Assembly: GCA_051003155.1 (NCBI GenBank)
Contig: JBPCLO010000005.1
Location: 1 to 16,583 of the forward strand
From: Fimbriimonadales bacterium
Lineage (GTDB): Bacteria > Armatimonadota > Fimbriimonadia > Fimbriimonadales > ATM1
Length of the DNA stretch: 16,583 bases
Direction of reading: 5' to 3'
In this document: piece after piece, positions 1 through 8,116 of the stretch
Numbering within the stretch: the first letter of the stretch is position 1
Layout of the letters: every line of letters starts with the position of its first letter
Position numbers and translations under genes: made by a program
The notes under the pieces: model-generated
Told to the model about the DNA's origin: nothing
Seen by the model: the letters and a program-made list of their open reading frames with translations, nothing else
The model's database searches: none

Positions 1-1
1 C

Positions 2-100
2 TATCGCCGTCCGCACCGAAGCTTGCAAGGACTAGCCCCTGCAAGCTTCATCGCCCAGCTTTCAATCACAATGCAGGAGGCGGCAGAACTAAAACTCTGA
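2..100 (+). CDS. IS3-family transposase (OrfB), C-terminal fragment, 5' partial
   Basis: Manual translation YRRPHRSLQGLAPASFIAQLSITMQEAAELKL*, TGA at 98-100. Confidence 0.72.
   Translation, partial: YRRPHRSLQGLAPASFIAQLSITMQEAAELKL
18..49. repeat. Perfect 10-bp inverted repeat (hairpin) inside the transposase 3' end
   Basis: GAAGCTTGCA (18-27) and TGCAAGCTTC (40-49) with a 12-nt spacer. Confidence 0.8.
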
Positions 101-126
101 CCTGGTCATTAAATGGGGACTAGCCA

Positions 127-309
127 CTCGTCAGAGTGTTGCATACTAATTCGAGCCAGACTCGTAAGGGCGTCGATAGCGCTTCTGCACTGGGGTGGCA
201 GCGAAAGGGCTAAGGCATCGATATTCTGCAATGCATTGAGCTGAAGCCTCTGGCGCTTGAGGACCACGAGGGTGAAAGGTGTCAGACGACTGTTCATCCT
301 ACCTACCAC
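127..309 (-). pseudogene. 5' part of a hypothetical gene interrupted by the IS
   Basis: The ORF (GTG 309 or ATG 297) is open up to the IS boundary; its last residues WLVPI* come from IS sequence. A candidate extended -10 lies upstream. No recognisable family. Confidence 0.4.
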
Positions 310-345
310 ATAGGGGACGCTTTATGTATTTCAATGAGAAACCTT

Positions 346-354
346 AGTTTAACA
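346..354 (-). promoter_or_regulatory. Candidate extended -10 element, divergent from glmS
   Basis: Minus strand TGtTAAACT in an AT-rich intergenic region. Confidence 0.35.
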
Positions 355-401
355 CCGCCCATCTTTGCATTTGGCGCCATGGCGGCGCTACACGCACCAG
401 T

Positions 402-407
402 CATAAT
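402..407 (+). promoter_or_regulatory. Candidate -10 element for glmS (very short or no leader)
   Basis: CATAAT 9 nt before ATG 417; no Shine-Dalgarno sequence. Confidence 0.4.
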
Positions 408-416
408 CATAAATTA

Positions 417-2246
417 ATGTGTGGTATCGCCGGTTATGTCGGCCCGAGAGAGGCCGTCGAGATTGTATTCGACCAAATTACGCGCCTCGAGTATCGCGGA
501 TACGACAGCGCTGGTGTCGCCTTCAAGTCCGAAAACGGTATCGGCATCCTCAAGCGGGCGGGCAAGCTTGCCAACCTTCGGGAACTCCTGGAAAAGGAGA
601 AGCCGCAGGCACACATTGCGATCGCGCACAGCCGGTGGGCAACGCACGGCGGGCCAACCGACGAAAACGCTCACCCACACTTCGACCATTCCGACCGCAT
701 CGCCGTGATTCACAACGGGATCGTTGAGAATTACTATGAGTTGAGCAGGGAGTTGGCGGCCAAGGGACACGAGTTTCATAGTGAGACCGACACCGAGATC
801 GCCGCCCATGTGATCGGCGAGGAGTACGCGGAGACCGGCAGCATCGTCGATGCCGTTCGGCGGGCGGTCAAGCGTCTCAAGGGAGCCTTTGCCCTGGTGG
901 TTATATGCCTAGACGAACCCGATAAGATCGTAACCGTCCGCAACGCCAGCCCGCTCATCTTAGGTATCGGCGAGGGCGAGAACTTCCTTGCCAGCGACAT
1001 CCCGGCCCTCCTCCCATACACGCGCGACGTGATCGTGATGGACGAAGGCGACTTGGCCGTGATTACACGCGAGGGAATTGCCGTCGAGGGTTCGGACGGC
1101 CTCGCAAAAACGCCCGAGAGGCTACGTATCGACTGGGACATCGAGGCCGCCGAGAAGGGTGGCTTCGCGCACTATATGATCAAGGAGATCCATGAGCAGC
1201 CCGATTCCATCAGGCAGTGCCTCGCGGGCCGGCTTATGGACGACCTGAGCGTACGGCTTCCGAACACGTTCGACGAGGCAACGTGGAACAGCTTCGACCG
1301 AATCATCATGATCGCATGTGGTACTGCTTATCATGCCGGCCTTCTGGGCGAATATATGATCGAATCGGCACTGCGAATTCCCGTCGAGGTCTATTTCGCG
1401 AGCGAGTTCCGATATAACGAACCGATCTTGCGGGTGAACGATCTCGTGATCGTCGTCAGCCAAAGCGGCGAGACGGCCGATACGCTGGCCGCGCTCAAAC
1501 TCTGTACCGAGCAAGGGATCAAGACGCTCGGTGTAGTGAATGTGGTTGGGAGCAGTATCGCACGCGATTGCGACGCCGTCCTCTACACGCAAGCCGGACC
1601 CGAAATCTCGGTTGCAAGCACCAAGGCTTACAGCGGCCAGGTGGCGACGTTGGCGCTCATTACGCTCTACGCCGGACGATTGCGCGGAGCGGATCCGGCC
1701 AAGCTCGACGAGTTGGCCGCCGCACTGTCGAGAATGCCGGAGTACTTATCGAAGTGTCTGAAGCTGGACGAGACGACACAGGAGATCGCGAGGGCGATTC
1801 GGGACACGATTTTGATGTTCTATCTCGGCAGGGGAGCCGACTCGGCTGTCGCTCTGGAAGGCGCCCTCAAGATGAAGGAGGTCGCCTACGTGCCCACGCA
1901 GGAGTCGCCTGCCGGTGAGATGAAGCACGGCCCTCTCGCGTTGGTGGAGCCGGGCGTGGTTGCGGTTTTCGGCTCCACGAACCCGCAGACCCGCGAGAAA
2001 GTGATCAGCAACATCAAGGAAGTGAAAGCTAGGCGTGGCACAGTCATCGCCGTGGTGATGGAAGGCGACCCGCTCACGCCGCGAGAAGCCGATCACGTGA
2101 TCACTATTCCGAACATCCCCAGCCACACTATCGCTGCAGCGGTCAGCGTGCTGCCGGTGCAGCTGTTGGCTTACCACGTGGCGCATCTACGTGGGTGCGA
2201 AATCGACCAGCCCAGAAACTTAGCGAAGTCAGTCACGGTGGAGTAA
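417..2246 (+). CDS. glmS: Glutamine--fructose-6-phosphate aminotransferase (isomerizing)
   Basis: N-terminal MCGI, LEYRGYDSAG, HSRWATHG, NAHPH, SQSGETADT, VASTKAY, GEMKHGP, and C-terminal PRNLAKSVTVE; 609 aa. Confidence 0.99.
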   Translation: MCGIAGYVGPREAVEIVFDQITRLEYRGYDSAGVAFKSENGIGILKRAGKLANLRELLEKEKPQAHIAIAHSRWATHGGPTDENAHPHFDHSDRIAVIHNGIVENYYELSRELAAKGHEFHSETDTEIAAHVIGEEYAETGSIVDAVRRAVKRLKGAFALVVICLDEPDKIVTVRNASPLILGIGEGENFLASDIPALLPYTRDVIVMDEGDLAVITREGIAVEGSDGLAKTPERLRIDWDIEAAEKGGFAHYMIKEIHEQPDSIRQCLAGRLMDDLSVRLPNTFDEATWNSFDRIIMIACGTAYHAGLLGEYMIESALRIPVEVYFASEFRYNEPILRVNDLVIVVSQSGETADTLAALKLCTEQGIKTLGVVNVVGSSIARDCDAVLYTQAGPEISVASTKAYSGQVATLALITLYAGRLRGADPAKLDELAAALSRMPEYLSKCLKLDETTQEIARAIRDTILMFYLGRGADSAVALEGALKMKEVAYVPTQESPAGEMKHGPLALVEPGVVAVFGSTNPQTREKVISNIKEVKARRGTVIAVVMEGDPLTPREADHVITIPNIPSHTIAAAVSVLPVQLLAYHVAHLRGCEIDQPRNLAKSVTVE

Positions 2247-2275
2247 TCGGCAACCGGCAAACGCAAAAACCGTTG

Positions 2276-2281
2276 TAAACT
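2276..2281 (+). promoter_or_regulatory. Candidate -10 element, leaderless geometry
   Basis: TAAACT followed by 6 nt (GGATAT) then ATG 2288. Confidence 0.5.
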
Positions 2282-2287
2282 GGATAT

Positions 2288-4597
2288 ATGATTCGGGTGA
2301 GCGTTCTCGTCGTTGGTGCCCTGACACTTCTCGCCACTACTGCGCAGGACAAGGTGCTCAAGTGGTACGCAGCTGGCGACGAGGTCGGCCAGTGCGTCTA
2401 CTCGATCTCCGCCGACTCCATCGTCTCCAAGTCTGATCTCGGTATTGCCGGCATAAAGCTCGCAAGCACCGTTTCGGGCAAAATCGTATCCGGCAAGATA
2501 ACCGACTATGATCTCACCCTGAAGCAGCCAGGCATCGACCTCGTGATCGACGCCAAGAAAGGCAAGGCGAAGATCAAGATGAACGGCAAGACAGAGAATG
2601 CCACCTACAAGTCTGCTCTCGCTTACTTCGGAAACATCCATCCGGGAACGCTCGCCTCCGTTGCCCGGCTATATGACAAGTCCACTGGGGGCAAGCAAGC
2701 GATCGAGACGCTGATGCTCGACGGGGCTGTTTCCGTGAAATTCGAGGTCACGATCGGCAGCGCTCGGAAAGTGAAGGACGAGGTCGTTCAGGCTTTCAAG
2801 GCGAGCATCGGCGGAACCGGGATCGACCTGTTTATCGGAGAGTCAGGCGACGTGGCCGCGATGAGCATCCCCGCGCAGCGGCTCGACGCCATCTCGCCAG
2901 GCTACGATTCGCTGCTTGTCGACCCGGCGACCCTGTTCCAGGAGCTCAGCCAACCCACACTTAAGACGAGGACGTCGAAGAACGTCCGCACGCACATGCG
3001 AGATGGAGTGGCACTCGCCGCGGACATAGCAAGGCCCGTTGATGATGGCAAGTACCCGGCGATTCTAGTGCGCACGCCCTACGGGCGCGATGCCTCCATG
3101 ATCGACGGCGCCTGGTATGCCAAGCGTGGGTACGTCTACGTTTCGCAAGACGTTCGCGGCCGCGGAGGCAGCGCGGGAGCGTGGAAGCCGTTCTTCAATG
3201 AGCGGAAGGACGGCTACGATACGATTGCTTGGATAACCAAGCAGCCTTGGTCGAACGGTAAGGTCGGCATGATCGGCGGCAGCTACCTCGGGTGGACGCA
3301 ATGGTGGGCAGCGGCGGAGGGGCATCCGGCGCTGAAGTGCATCATCCCTCAGGTCTCGCCTCCCGACCCGTACTACAACATGCCCTGGGACCACGGCGTG
3401 CCGATGCTCTTCGGCGCGATCTGGTGGGGGCAAATCGTTTCGCAAAGGGAGATGCCCGCCGATCCTTTTGGCAACATGAAGAACTTCAAAAAATTCCTGA
3501 CGCTGCCGATCTCAAAAGTGGATGATGCCGTGCTCGGGAAGAACATCCCGTTCGTAGACGACTGGTGGAAGCGCGAGACGAACTCGGCGTTCACGACAGC
3601 CGGCTTTTGGAAAGACGCTCCGAAGATCAATATACCTGCCCTGCATATCAGTGGCTGGTGGGACGGCGATGGCATCGGAACCAAGCTCAACTACGCCATG
3701 ATGCGCAAGCTGGGCCGCAACAACCAGTACTTGATTTACGGGCCATGGACGCACCTCTTCAACACGACCTCCAAGGCTGGTGACGTGGATTACGGAGCCG
3801 GCGCAATCCTGGAGCTCAACTCGGTTTACTTACGTTGGTTCGACCGCTGGCTCAAAGACAAGCCGGTTTTGGATAAGCAGCCCAGGGTGAGAGTCTTCGT
3901 GACGGGCGCGAACGAGTGGCGCGATCTTCGGGATTGGCCCGACCCTCGTTCAAAAGAGATCACCCTGTATTTTTCCAAAGGGCCTGCCAACGGCGCGAAG
4001 AGCAAAGGGGAGCTGTCTTGGACCAAGCCCGGAAGCCAGAAGCCGGACCGATATACCTACGACCCGCGCAAGGCGAAGATCGACGTGGACGAACTCGCGT
4101 TGGACCCGGAGACTTCCAACATCACGGTGGACCTCAAGGCTAGCGATCGTGACGTGCTGCTTTACAGAACCCCGCCGCTAACACAGTCGGTGGACATGGG
4201 TGGGCCCATCGACATCGATCTTTACTTCTCGACCTCGGCCTTGGACACGGATTTCTTTGGTAGCGTTGTCGATATGGACCTCAAGGGGGTCATGCGGCTG
4301 ATCGGCCTCCCGGGGAAACTGCGGGCCAAATACCGCAACGGGATGGACAGCCCGTCGCTGCTCAAGCCTGGCCAAGTCTACAAGATCACGTTGGCGCATT
4401 GGGACTCGGCGCACAGGTTCAAGAAAGGACATCGAATCGGAGTGCTGATTTCGAGCGAAATGTTTCCGATGTATGCGCGCAATTTAAACACCGGCGAACC
4501 GGTGGCCACCGCCAAGCGGATGGTGGCCGCACACCAGCGCATTTATCACGACGCGAAGCGGCCAACCGCTCTGAGGTTCCGGACGCTGCCGAAGTAG
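2288..4597 (+). CDS. Secreted CocE/NonD family hydrolase (peptidase S15 / Xaa-Pro dipeptidyl-peptidase-like) with an extra N-terminal domain
   Basis: Signal-peptide-like N-terminus, MRDGVALAADI, RTPYG, QDVRGRGGSAG, WSNGKVGMIGGSYLG (nucleophile Ser), GWWD, GPWTH, and a PepX_C-like C-terminus (YTYDP, HRFKKGHRI, RNLNTG). Confidence 0.93.
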   Translation: MIRVSVLVVGALTLLATTAQDKVLKWYAAGDEVGQCVYSISADSIVSKSDLGIAGIKLASTVSGKIVSGKITDYDLTLKQPGIDLVIDAKKGKAKIKMNGKTENATYKSALAYFGNIHPGTLASVARLYDKSTGGKQAIETLMLDGAVSVKFEVTIGSARKVKDEVVQAFKASIGGTGIDLFIGESGDVAAMSIPAQRLDAISPGYDSLLVDPATLFQELSQPTLKTRTSKNVRTHMRDGVALAADIARPVDDGKYPAILVRTPYGRDASMIDGAWYAKRGYVYVSQDVRGRGGSAGAWKPFFNERKDGYDTIAWITKQPWSNGKVGMIGGSYLGWTQWWAAAEGHPALKCIIPQVSPPDPYYNMPWDHGVPMLFGAIWWGQIVSQREMPADPFGNMKNFKKFLTLPISKVDDAVLGKNIPFVDDWWKRETNSAFTTAGFWKDAPKINIPALHISGWWDGDGIGTKLNYAMMRKLGRNNQYLIYGPWTHLFNTTSKAGDVDYGAGAILELNSVYLRWFDRWLKDKPVLDKQPRVRVFVTGANEWRDLRDWPDPRSKEITLYFSKGPANGAKSKGELSWTKPGSQKPDRYTYDPRKAKIDVDELALDPETSNITVDLKASDRDVLLYRTPPLTQSVDMGGPIDIDLYFSTSALDTDFFGSVVDMDLKGVMRLIGLPGKLRAKYRNGMDSPSLLKPGQVYKITLAHWDSAHRFKKGHRIGVLISSEMFPMYARNLNTGEPVATAKRMVAAHQRIYHDAKRPTALRFRTLPK

Positions 4598-4636
4598 CTC
4601 ACGTCAAGCAACCTCGGAAGGTGAAGATGGACTCTG

Positions 4637-5122
4637 CTAGCGAAATCCGCGCTCCCGGAGGGCTTTCGCAAGCAAGTGGTCGTCTCCGGCGAAACTGGCT
4701 ACTTGGGCATAAAACTCGGTCTTTCTCTCGATGTAGAGAGGCATACAGACACTGAGAAAATATCCCCGCCCATCGTCCAGAACCAGATAGTTGATCATAC
4801 CAGGCATAAGGGTGAGATTGCGCACCTTGCGAATTCGGTCCCAGCGGGCAAGTGAGCGCAGGCCCAGTGAATTGTAGCCTCTAATGCCCTCGGGCTCGAC
4901 CATGATCCACCCGATTTCGTCCATGAGCTTCGCACTAAGCCACGCGACCGGGGCGGCAAGTACAAGAAGCGCGAGCACGATACTGATGATGGCGGGATCA
5001 TCGCTCGGCTCCAATGCAAAGGAGAATGCGAGGGGAACAATGCTGGCCAAGCCGAAGAAAACTGCGACCGGCTGCCAGAGGTGTCGTATCGGGCCATAGT
5101 TCTCTGGGCTTACCGGTTGCAT
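4637..5122 (-). CDS. Hypothetical membrane protein (2 TM helices plus a possible bacterial PH-like domain)
   Basis: Two hydrophobic segments followed by IMVEPEGIRGYNSLGLRSLARWDRIRKV, a pattern typical of bacterial PH-like domains. Start placed at ATG 5122 (MQPVS) because of the -10 motif just upstream. Confidence 0.7.
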   Translation of the reverse strand: MQPVSPENYGPIRHLWQPVAVFFGLASIVPLAFSFALEPSDDPAIISIVLALLVLAAPVAWLSAKLMDEIGWIMVEPEGIRGYNSLGLRSLARWDRIRKVRNLTLMPGMINYLVLDDGRGYFLSVCMPLYIERKTEFYAQVASFAGDDHLLAKALRERGFR

Positions 5123-5129
5123 GCAGTGC

Positions 5130-5135
5130 AGTCTA
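5130..5135 (-). promoter_or_regulatory. Candidate -10 element, leaderless geometry
   Basis: Minus strand TAGACT, 7 nt, then ATG 5122; no SD. Confidence 0.5.
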
Positions 5136-5180
5136 CTCGGCGACGGCCAAGGATTCCTCTCCATCGCGCGTGTATGCCGT

Positions 5181-5189
5181 TGGTATCAT
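5181..5189 (+). promoter_or_regulatory. Candidate extended -10 element, leaderless geometry
   Basis: TGgTATCAT, 6 nt, then ATG 5196; no SD. Confidence 0.55.
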
Positions 5190-5195
5190 CTTCAA

Positions 5196-5412
5196 ATGGC
5201 TTATAGGGCCCTTCAACGGCAAAGCGAAGAAGGTTGGGCAATTTGGGTGCCATCCCTTCCCGGCTGTGCCTCGCAGCGCGCTTACCGAAAGCGAAGCGAT
5301 GGAGAACATCAAGGACGCCATTCGCGGATACTTAAGAGTCGCCCACGCGCTCCATGGTTCCGAGGAGGGCGTTCTGGAACGCCTTGTAGAAGTTCCAGGC
5401 GACATTGCCTAA
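5196..5412 (+). pseudogene. HicB-like antitoxin (UPF0150-type), frameshifted
   Basis: MAYRALQRQSEEGWAIWVPSLPGCASQ in one frame and LTESEAMENIKDAIRGYL...VEVPGDIA* in the +1 frame. Joined, they give the HicB motif PxLPGCxSQGxTxxEAxxNIxDAI; the 4-nt CGCG (5277-5280) sits where the Gly codon should be. Confidence 0.85.
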
Positions 5413-5417
5413 GTAAG

Positions 5418-5672
5418 CTACGCGCCGGCGTAAACGGCGATGCGGCGGCGGTCTTGGGGACCCTCGAACTTCACGAAACCTTCGGTGAGCGCGAAGAGCG
5501 TGTGGTCGTTGCCGATGCCCACGCCGTTGCCGGGGAAGAACTTCGTGCCGCGCTGGCGGACCAGGATGTTGCCGGCTTTGACCTTCTCGCCGCCGAACTT
5601 CTTGACTCCGAGGCGCTGCGCCGCGGAGTCGCGGCCGTTTCTGGATGAACCTACGCCTTTCTTATGTGCCAT
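5418..5672 (-). CDS. rpmA: 50S ribosomal protein L27
   Basis: [42 protein letters not shown]. Confidence 0.99.
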   Translation of the reverse strand: MAHKKGVGSSRNGRDSAAQRLGVKKFGGEKVKAGNILVRQRGTKFFPGNGVGIGNDHTLFALTEGFVKFEGPQDRRRIAVYAGA

Positions 5673-5675
5673 TTC

Positions 5676-5990
5676 CTATTTCCCCGCAGAAATCTTCGTG
5701 ATCTTGAGCTCGGTGAGCAGTGCGCGATGCCCCCAGCGCTTGCGAACGTTCTTCTTGGCCTTGAAGTTGAAGCCGTTGATCTTCTTCGCTTTCTTCTGGC
5801 GAACGATTTCGGCCTCGACCGACGCGCCGACGACGAACGGCGAACCCACCGTGGAGTTGTCGCCGCCGGTCATCAAAACTTCTTTGATCTCTACCTTTGC
5901 GCCCGCGTCGCCCTCCATCTTGTTGACAGTGATCACGTCACCGTCCTGGACCTTGAACTGCTGGCCGCCTGTTCTTACTATCGCATACAT
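5676..5990 (-). CDS. rplU: 50S ribosomal protein L21
   Basis: [26 protein letters not shown]; directly upstream of rpmA. Confidence 0.99.
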   Translation of the reverse strand: MYAIVRTGGQQFKVQDGDVITVNKMEGDAGAKVEIKEVLMTGGDNSTVGSPFVVGASVEAEIVRQKKAKKINGFNFKAKKNVRKRWGHRALLTELKITKISAGK

Positions 5991-6017
5991 CCTAATTTCA
6001 CCCTGGCGCGAACGCCC

Positions 6018-6047
6018 ATTATGGCAAGTCGGCGACCTTCAAGTCAA
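6018..6047 (-). promoter_or_regulatory. Sigma70-type promoter for rplU-rpmA
   Basis: Minus strand TTGACT (6047-6042), 18-nt spacer ending TGc, then CATAAT (6023-6018). Confidence 0.7.
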
Positions 6048-6056
6048 CCCGAAGGG

Positions 6057-6821
6057 TTAACTCTTCTTCGGAGACACCACAACCCTGCGCGCCGGTTCCT
6101 CTCCCTCGCTATAAGTCTCCACACCCTCGAAATCCTTGAGTGCATTGTGGATCACTCGCCGCTCATGCGCGGGGAGCGCGTCCAAAACAGCCTCCTGTTC
6201 GCGTTCGACCACGGCGGTCGCGACATCGACGGCCAACTTTACGAGCGCGGCCGCCCGGCTCGACCGGTACCCGCCCGCATCGAGCGTCAAGCGAACGCCG
6301 CCACCGAGCGTACGGCTCAGCATAGCGTTGGCGAGATATTGGAGAGAATCGAGTGCGGATCCCTTATCCCCCACCAGCCTCTCAACATCGACTCCGCCGA
6401 GCTTAAGGTTCACGTAGCGTCCGCTCAAGCCATCCACACTCGCAGTGATATCGAGGCCCGTCAATTCCAAAGCCTTCGCCAGCATCTCGAGAGCGGCTTT
6501 GCCGTCCTTGTCGGTCGCCTCGGCCTCGCCGTCCTTGACCTCAGGCTCGGCCACTCCCTCGACTTTGGGGGCGACCCTGGGCTTGCGGGCCGCAGGCCTG
6601 CGAGCGGGCTTTTCGGCCGCGGCCTTCTCGGGTTGGGGCGCGGCCTCTTCCTTGCCCCCAGCTGTCGCTCTCACTCGATAGTTCGTTTTGGCAAACAAGC
6701 CCTTGGCGGCCTCTTCGAGAACCTCGAATTCGCAATCCTCGCCGGGTACGCCGAGAGCTTCGGCGGCAGCGTGCTTTGCTTCGTCGAGTGTCCTTCCTGT
6801 TGCTTCTGCTGTTTGTGGCAT
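6057..6821 (-). CDS. jag: Jag/EloR/KhpB RNA-binding protein (Jag_N, KH, R3H)
   Basis: [10 protein letters not shown]...EFEVLEE (Jag_N), [15 protein letters not shown] (KH), ERRVIH (R3H), [12 protein letters not shown]; follows yidC. Start placed at ATG 6821 after a GGGGGA SD-like motif. Confidence 0.95.
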   Translation of the reverse strand: MPQTAEATGRTLDEAKHAAAEALGVPGEDCEFEVLEEAAKGLFAKTNYRVRATAGGKEEAAPQPEKAAAEKPARRPAARKPRVAPKVEGVAEPEVKDGEAEATDKDGKAALEMLAKALELTGLDITASVDGLSGRYVNLKLGGVDVERLVGDKGSALDSLQYLANAMLSRTLGGGVRLTLDAGGYRSSRAAALVKLAVDVATAVVEREQEAVLDALPAHERRVIHNALKDFEGVETYSEGEEPARRVVVSPKKS

Positions 6822-6838
6822 ATTCGTTATTCCCCCAT

Positions 6839-8107
6839 TCATCTCTTCTTTCTCTTCTGTTGCTTCCCGGACTTCGGTTTATGAAGCACGGGCGCGCCCG
6901 TCTTCTGCTCCGGCTTCGGTGCGCCGTTGGTCACGTTCGCCGTCGGCACATCTTTGGGAATCATTCCCGCGAACATGCCGCGCTTCCCATCGTCGGGTCG
7001 CTCCACCAGCGGGGGGATCGGCCCGCGGTTGATCATGACGCTTTGGATGGTCGACAAGATGTTAAGGCCGATCCAGTACAGGATAAATGCGCTGGGGAAC
7101 GGCAGCACTGTGAGAAACAATATCGTGAAGAACACGCCCGTCACGATGCCGATGATTCGCGACTGCTTCGCAGTCTGCGGATCGCTGACCGAAAGCATGG
7201 TCGTGGCGATCATCGAGAGGCCGTACAGAACTACGAGCGGAACATCTCGCTCACCCAGATTCGGAGCAAATATCCCGGGGAAATTGGCGGCCGCTTGCTC
7301 ATTGATCCACAGGAACGTGCCGTTGTTGAAGTCGAACCGGTAGTGGCTCATGCCCCAGAAGACCCAGAGGAAGAAGGGCATCTGCACCAGCATCGGCAGG
7401 CAACTCGCCAGCGGGTTGATGCCGTACCGCTGGTACAGTTTCATCGTACGCTGCTGAAGCTCCGGGCCCTGGTACTTCTCTTGCAGCTCCTTGATCATGG
7501 GCTGCAGTAGCGCCATTCGCTTGAAGCCGATCATCTGCTTTCTGGCGAGTGGCCAAACGAGCGCCCTTACAATGATGGCGAGGAACAAAGCCGCAAACCA
7601 GTAGCTGAATCCAGGCGCCCTTTCGCCGCCGAAGAGATTGACAATAAAGTCAACGAATCGATAGCCGATAGTTTGGCTGCCGATTTTCTTGCCAATCTCG
7701 GAGGTCTTGGCCATCTCCGCCTTGCCGCGTGCGCCGATCGCGCTGCCCGGAGCCTCATTATAAATCTTTTCGAACTGCGTGTAGGCCAGAACCGCTTGGT
7801 TGAAGTTCTGCGTCTTAGCTGCCTCTCTCTGAATTTCGACACCCACGGCGAGTTCGACCTCGCGAGCCTTCTCTAAGGAGGCGCCGGTTCCGTCCTTGCG
7901 CAGCCGCTCGACATAGATTGGCCCGAGTTCGAGCACCTTCTTGCCATCGTTCTTCGTTGCCGCGTCGGTGTAGGTCTTCTCGACGTCGCCGACCGGCGCC
8001 TCCTCGGCCGGCTTCTGCACGAAGAACAGCATGTACCCCAGGTACACGACCGCGAAGATCAGCATCATCTGGAGGAAATTGGATTTTCTGGTGGGTTGCT
8101 GGCTCAT
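6839..8107 (-). CDS. yidC: Membrane protein insertase YidC/Oxa1 family
   Basis: IIVRALVWPL, LQPMIKELQEKY, KLYQRYGINPLASCLPMLVQMPF, FLWI, LYW; located in the rpmH-rnpA-yidD-yidC-jag cluster. Confidence 0.95.
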   Translation of the reverse strand: MSQQPTRKSNFLQMMLIFAVVYLGYMLFFVQKPAEEAPVGDVEKTYTDAATKNDGKKVLELGPIYVERLRKDGTGASLEKAREVELAVGVEIQREAAKTQNFNQAVLAYTQFEKIYNEAPGSAIGARGKAEMAKTSEIGKKIGSQTIGYRFVDFIVNLFGGERAPGFSYWFAALFLAIIVRALVWPLARKQMIGFKRMALLQPMIKELQEKYQGPELQQRTMKLYQRYGINPLASCLPMLVQMPFFLWVFWGMSHYRFDFNNGTFLWINEQAAANFPGIFAPNLGERDVPLVVLYGLSMIATTMLSVSDPQTAKQSRIIGIVTGVFFTILFLTVLPFPSAFILYWIGLNILSTIQSVMINRGPIPPLVERPDDGKRGMFAGMIPKDVPTANVTNGAPKPEQKTGAPVLHKPKSGKQQKRKKR

Positions 8108-8116
8108 AAGTTGGCT

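Larger units (their letters stand above)
1..126 (+). mobile_element. Right end of an IS3-family insertion sequence (transposase 3' end plus right inverted repeat)
   Basis: Frame +2 encodes YRRPHRSLQGLAPASF, matching the IS3-type integrase-core C-terminal motif YNxxRPHxSLxxxxP. After the stop comes CTGGTCATTAAATGGGGACTAGCCA, ending in CA-3' as IS3 ends do. The exact end is inferred because the left IR is outside the window. Confidence 0.7.

Noticed and set aside
310..416. glmS ribozyme upstream of glmS
   Set aside because: No recognisable conserved core (AGCGC...GACGAGG) is present, and a -10 box sits immediately before the ATG, leaving no leader.
5271..5285. Programmed ribosomal frameshift in the HicB-like gene
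   Set aside because: There is no slippery sequence or in-frame stop at the junction; mutation or sequencing error is simpler.
5014..5648. ORFs 5014-5412 and 5121-5648 as independent genes
   Set aside because: Each contains only half of one frameshifted HicB-like gene; the remainder overlaps other genes in antisense.
6044..6060. Small hairpin AACCC-TTC-GGGTT after the jag stop as a terminator or L21 leader
   Set aside because: Short stem, no U-tract, overlaps the -35 box, and lies upstream of the predicted rplU TSS.
5664..6884. 406-aa plus-strand ORF (and other long antisense ORFs such as 15087-15944 and 5440-6060)
   Set aside because: Shadow frames opposite well-supported genes in GC-rich DNA, with no motifs.
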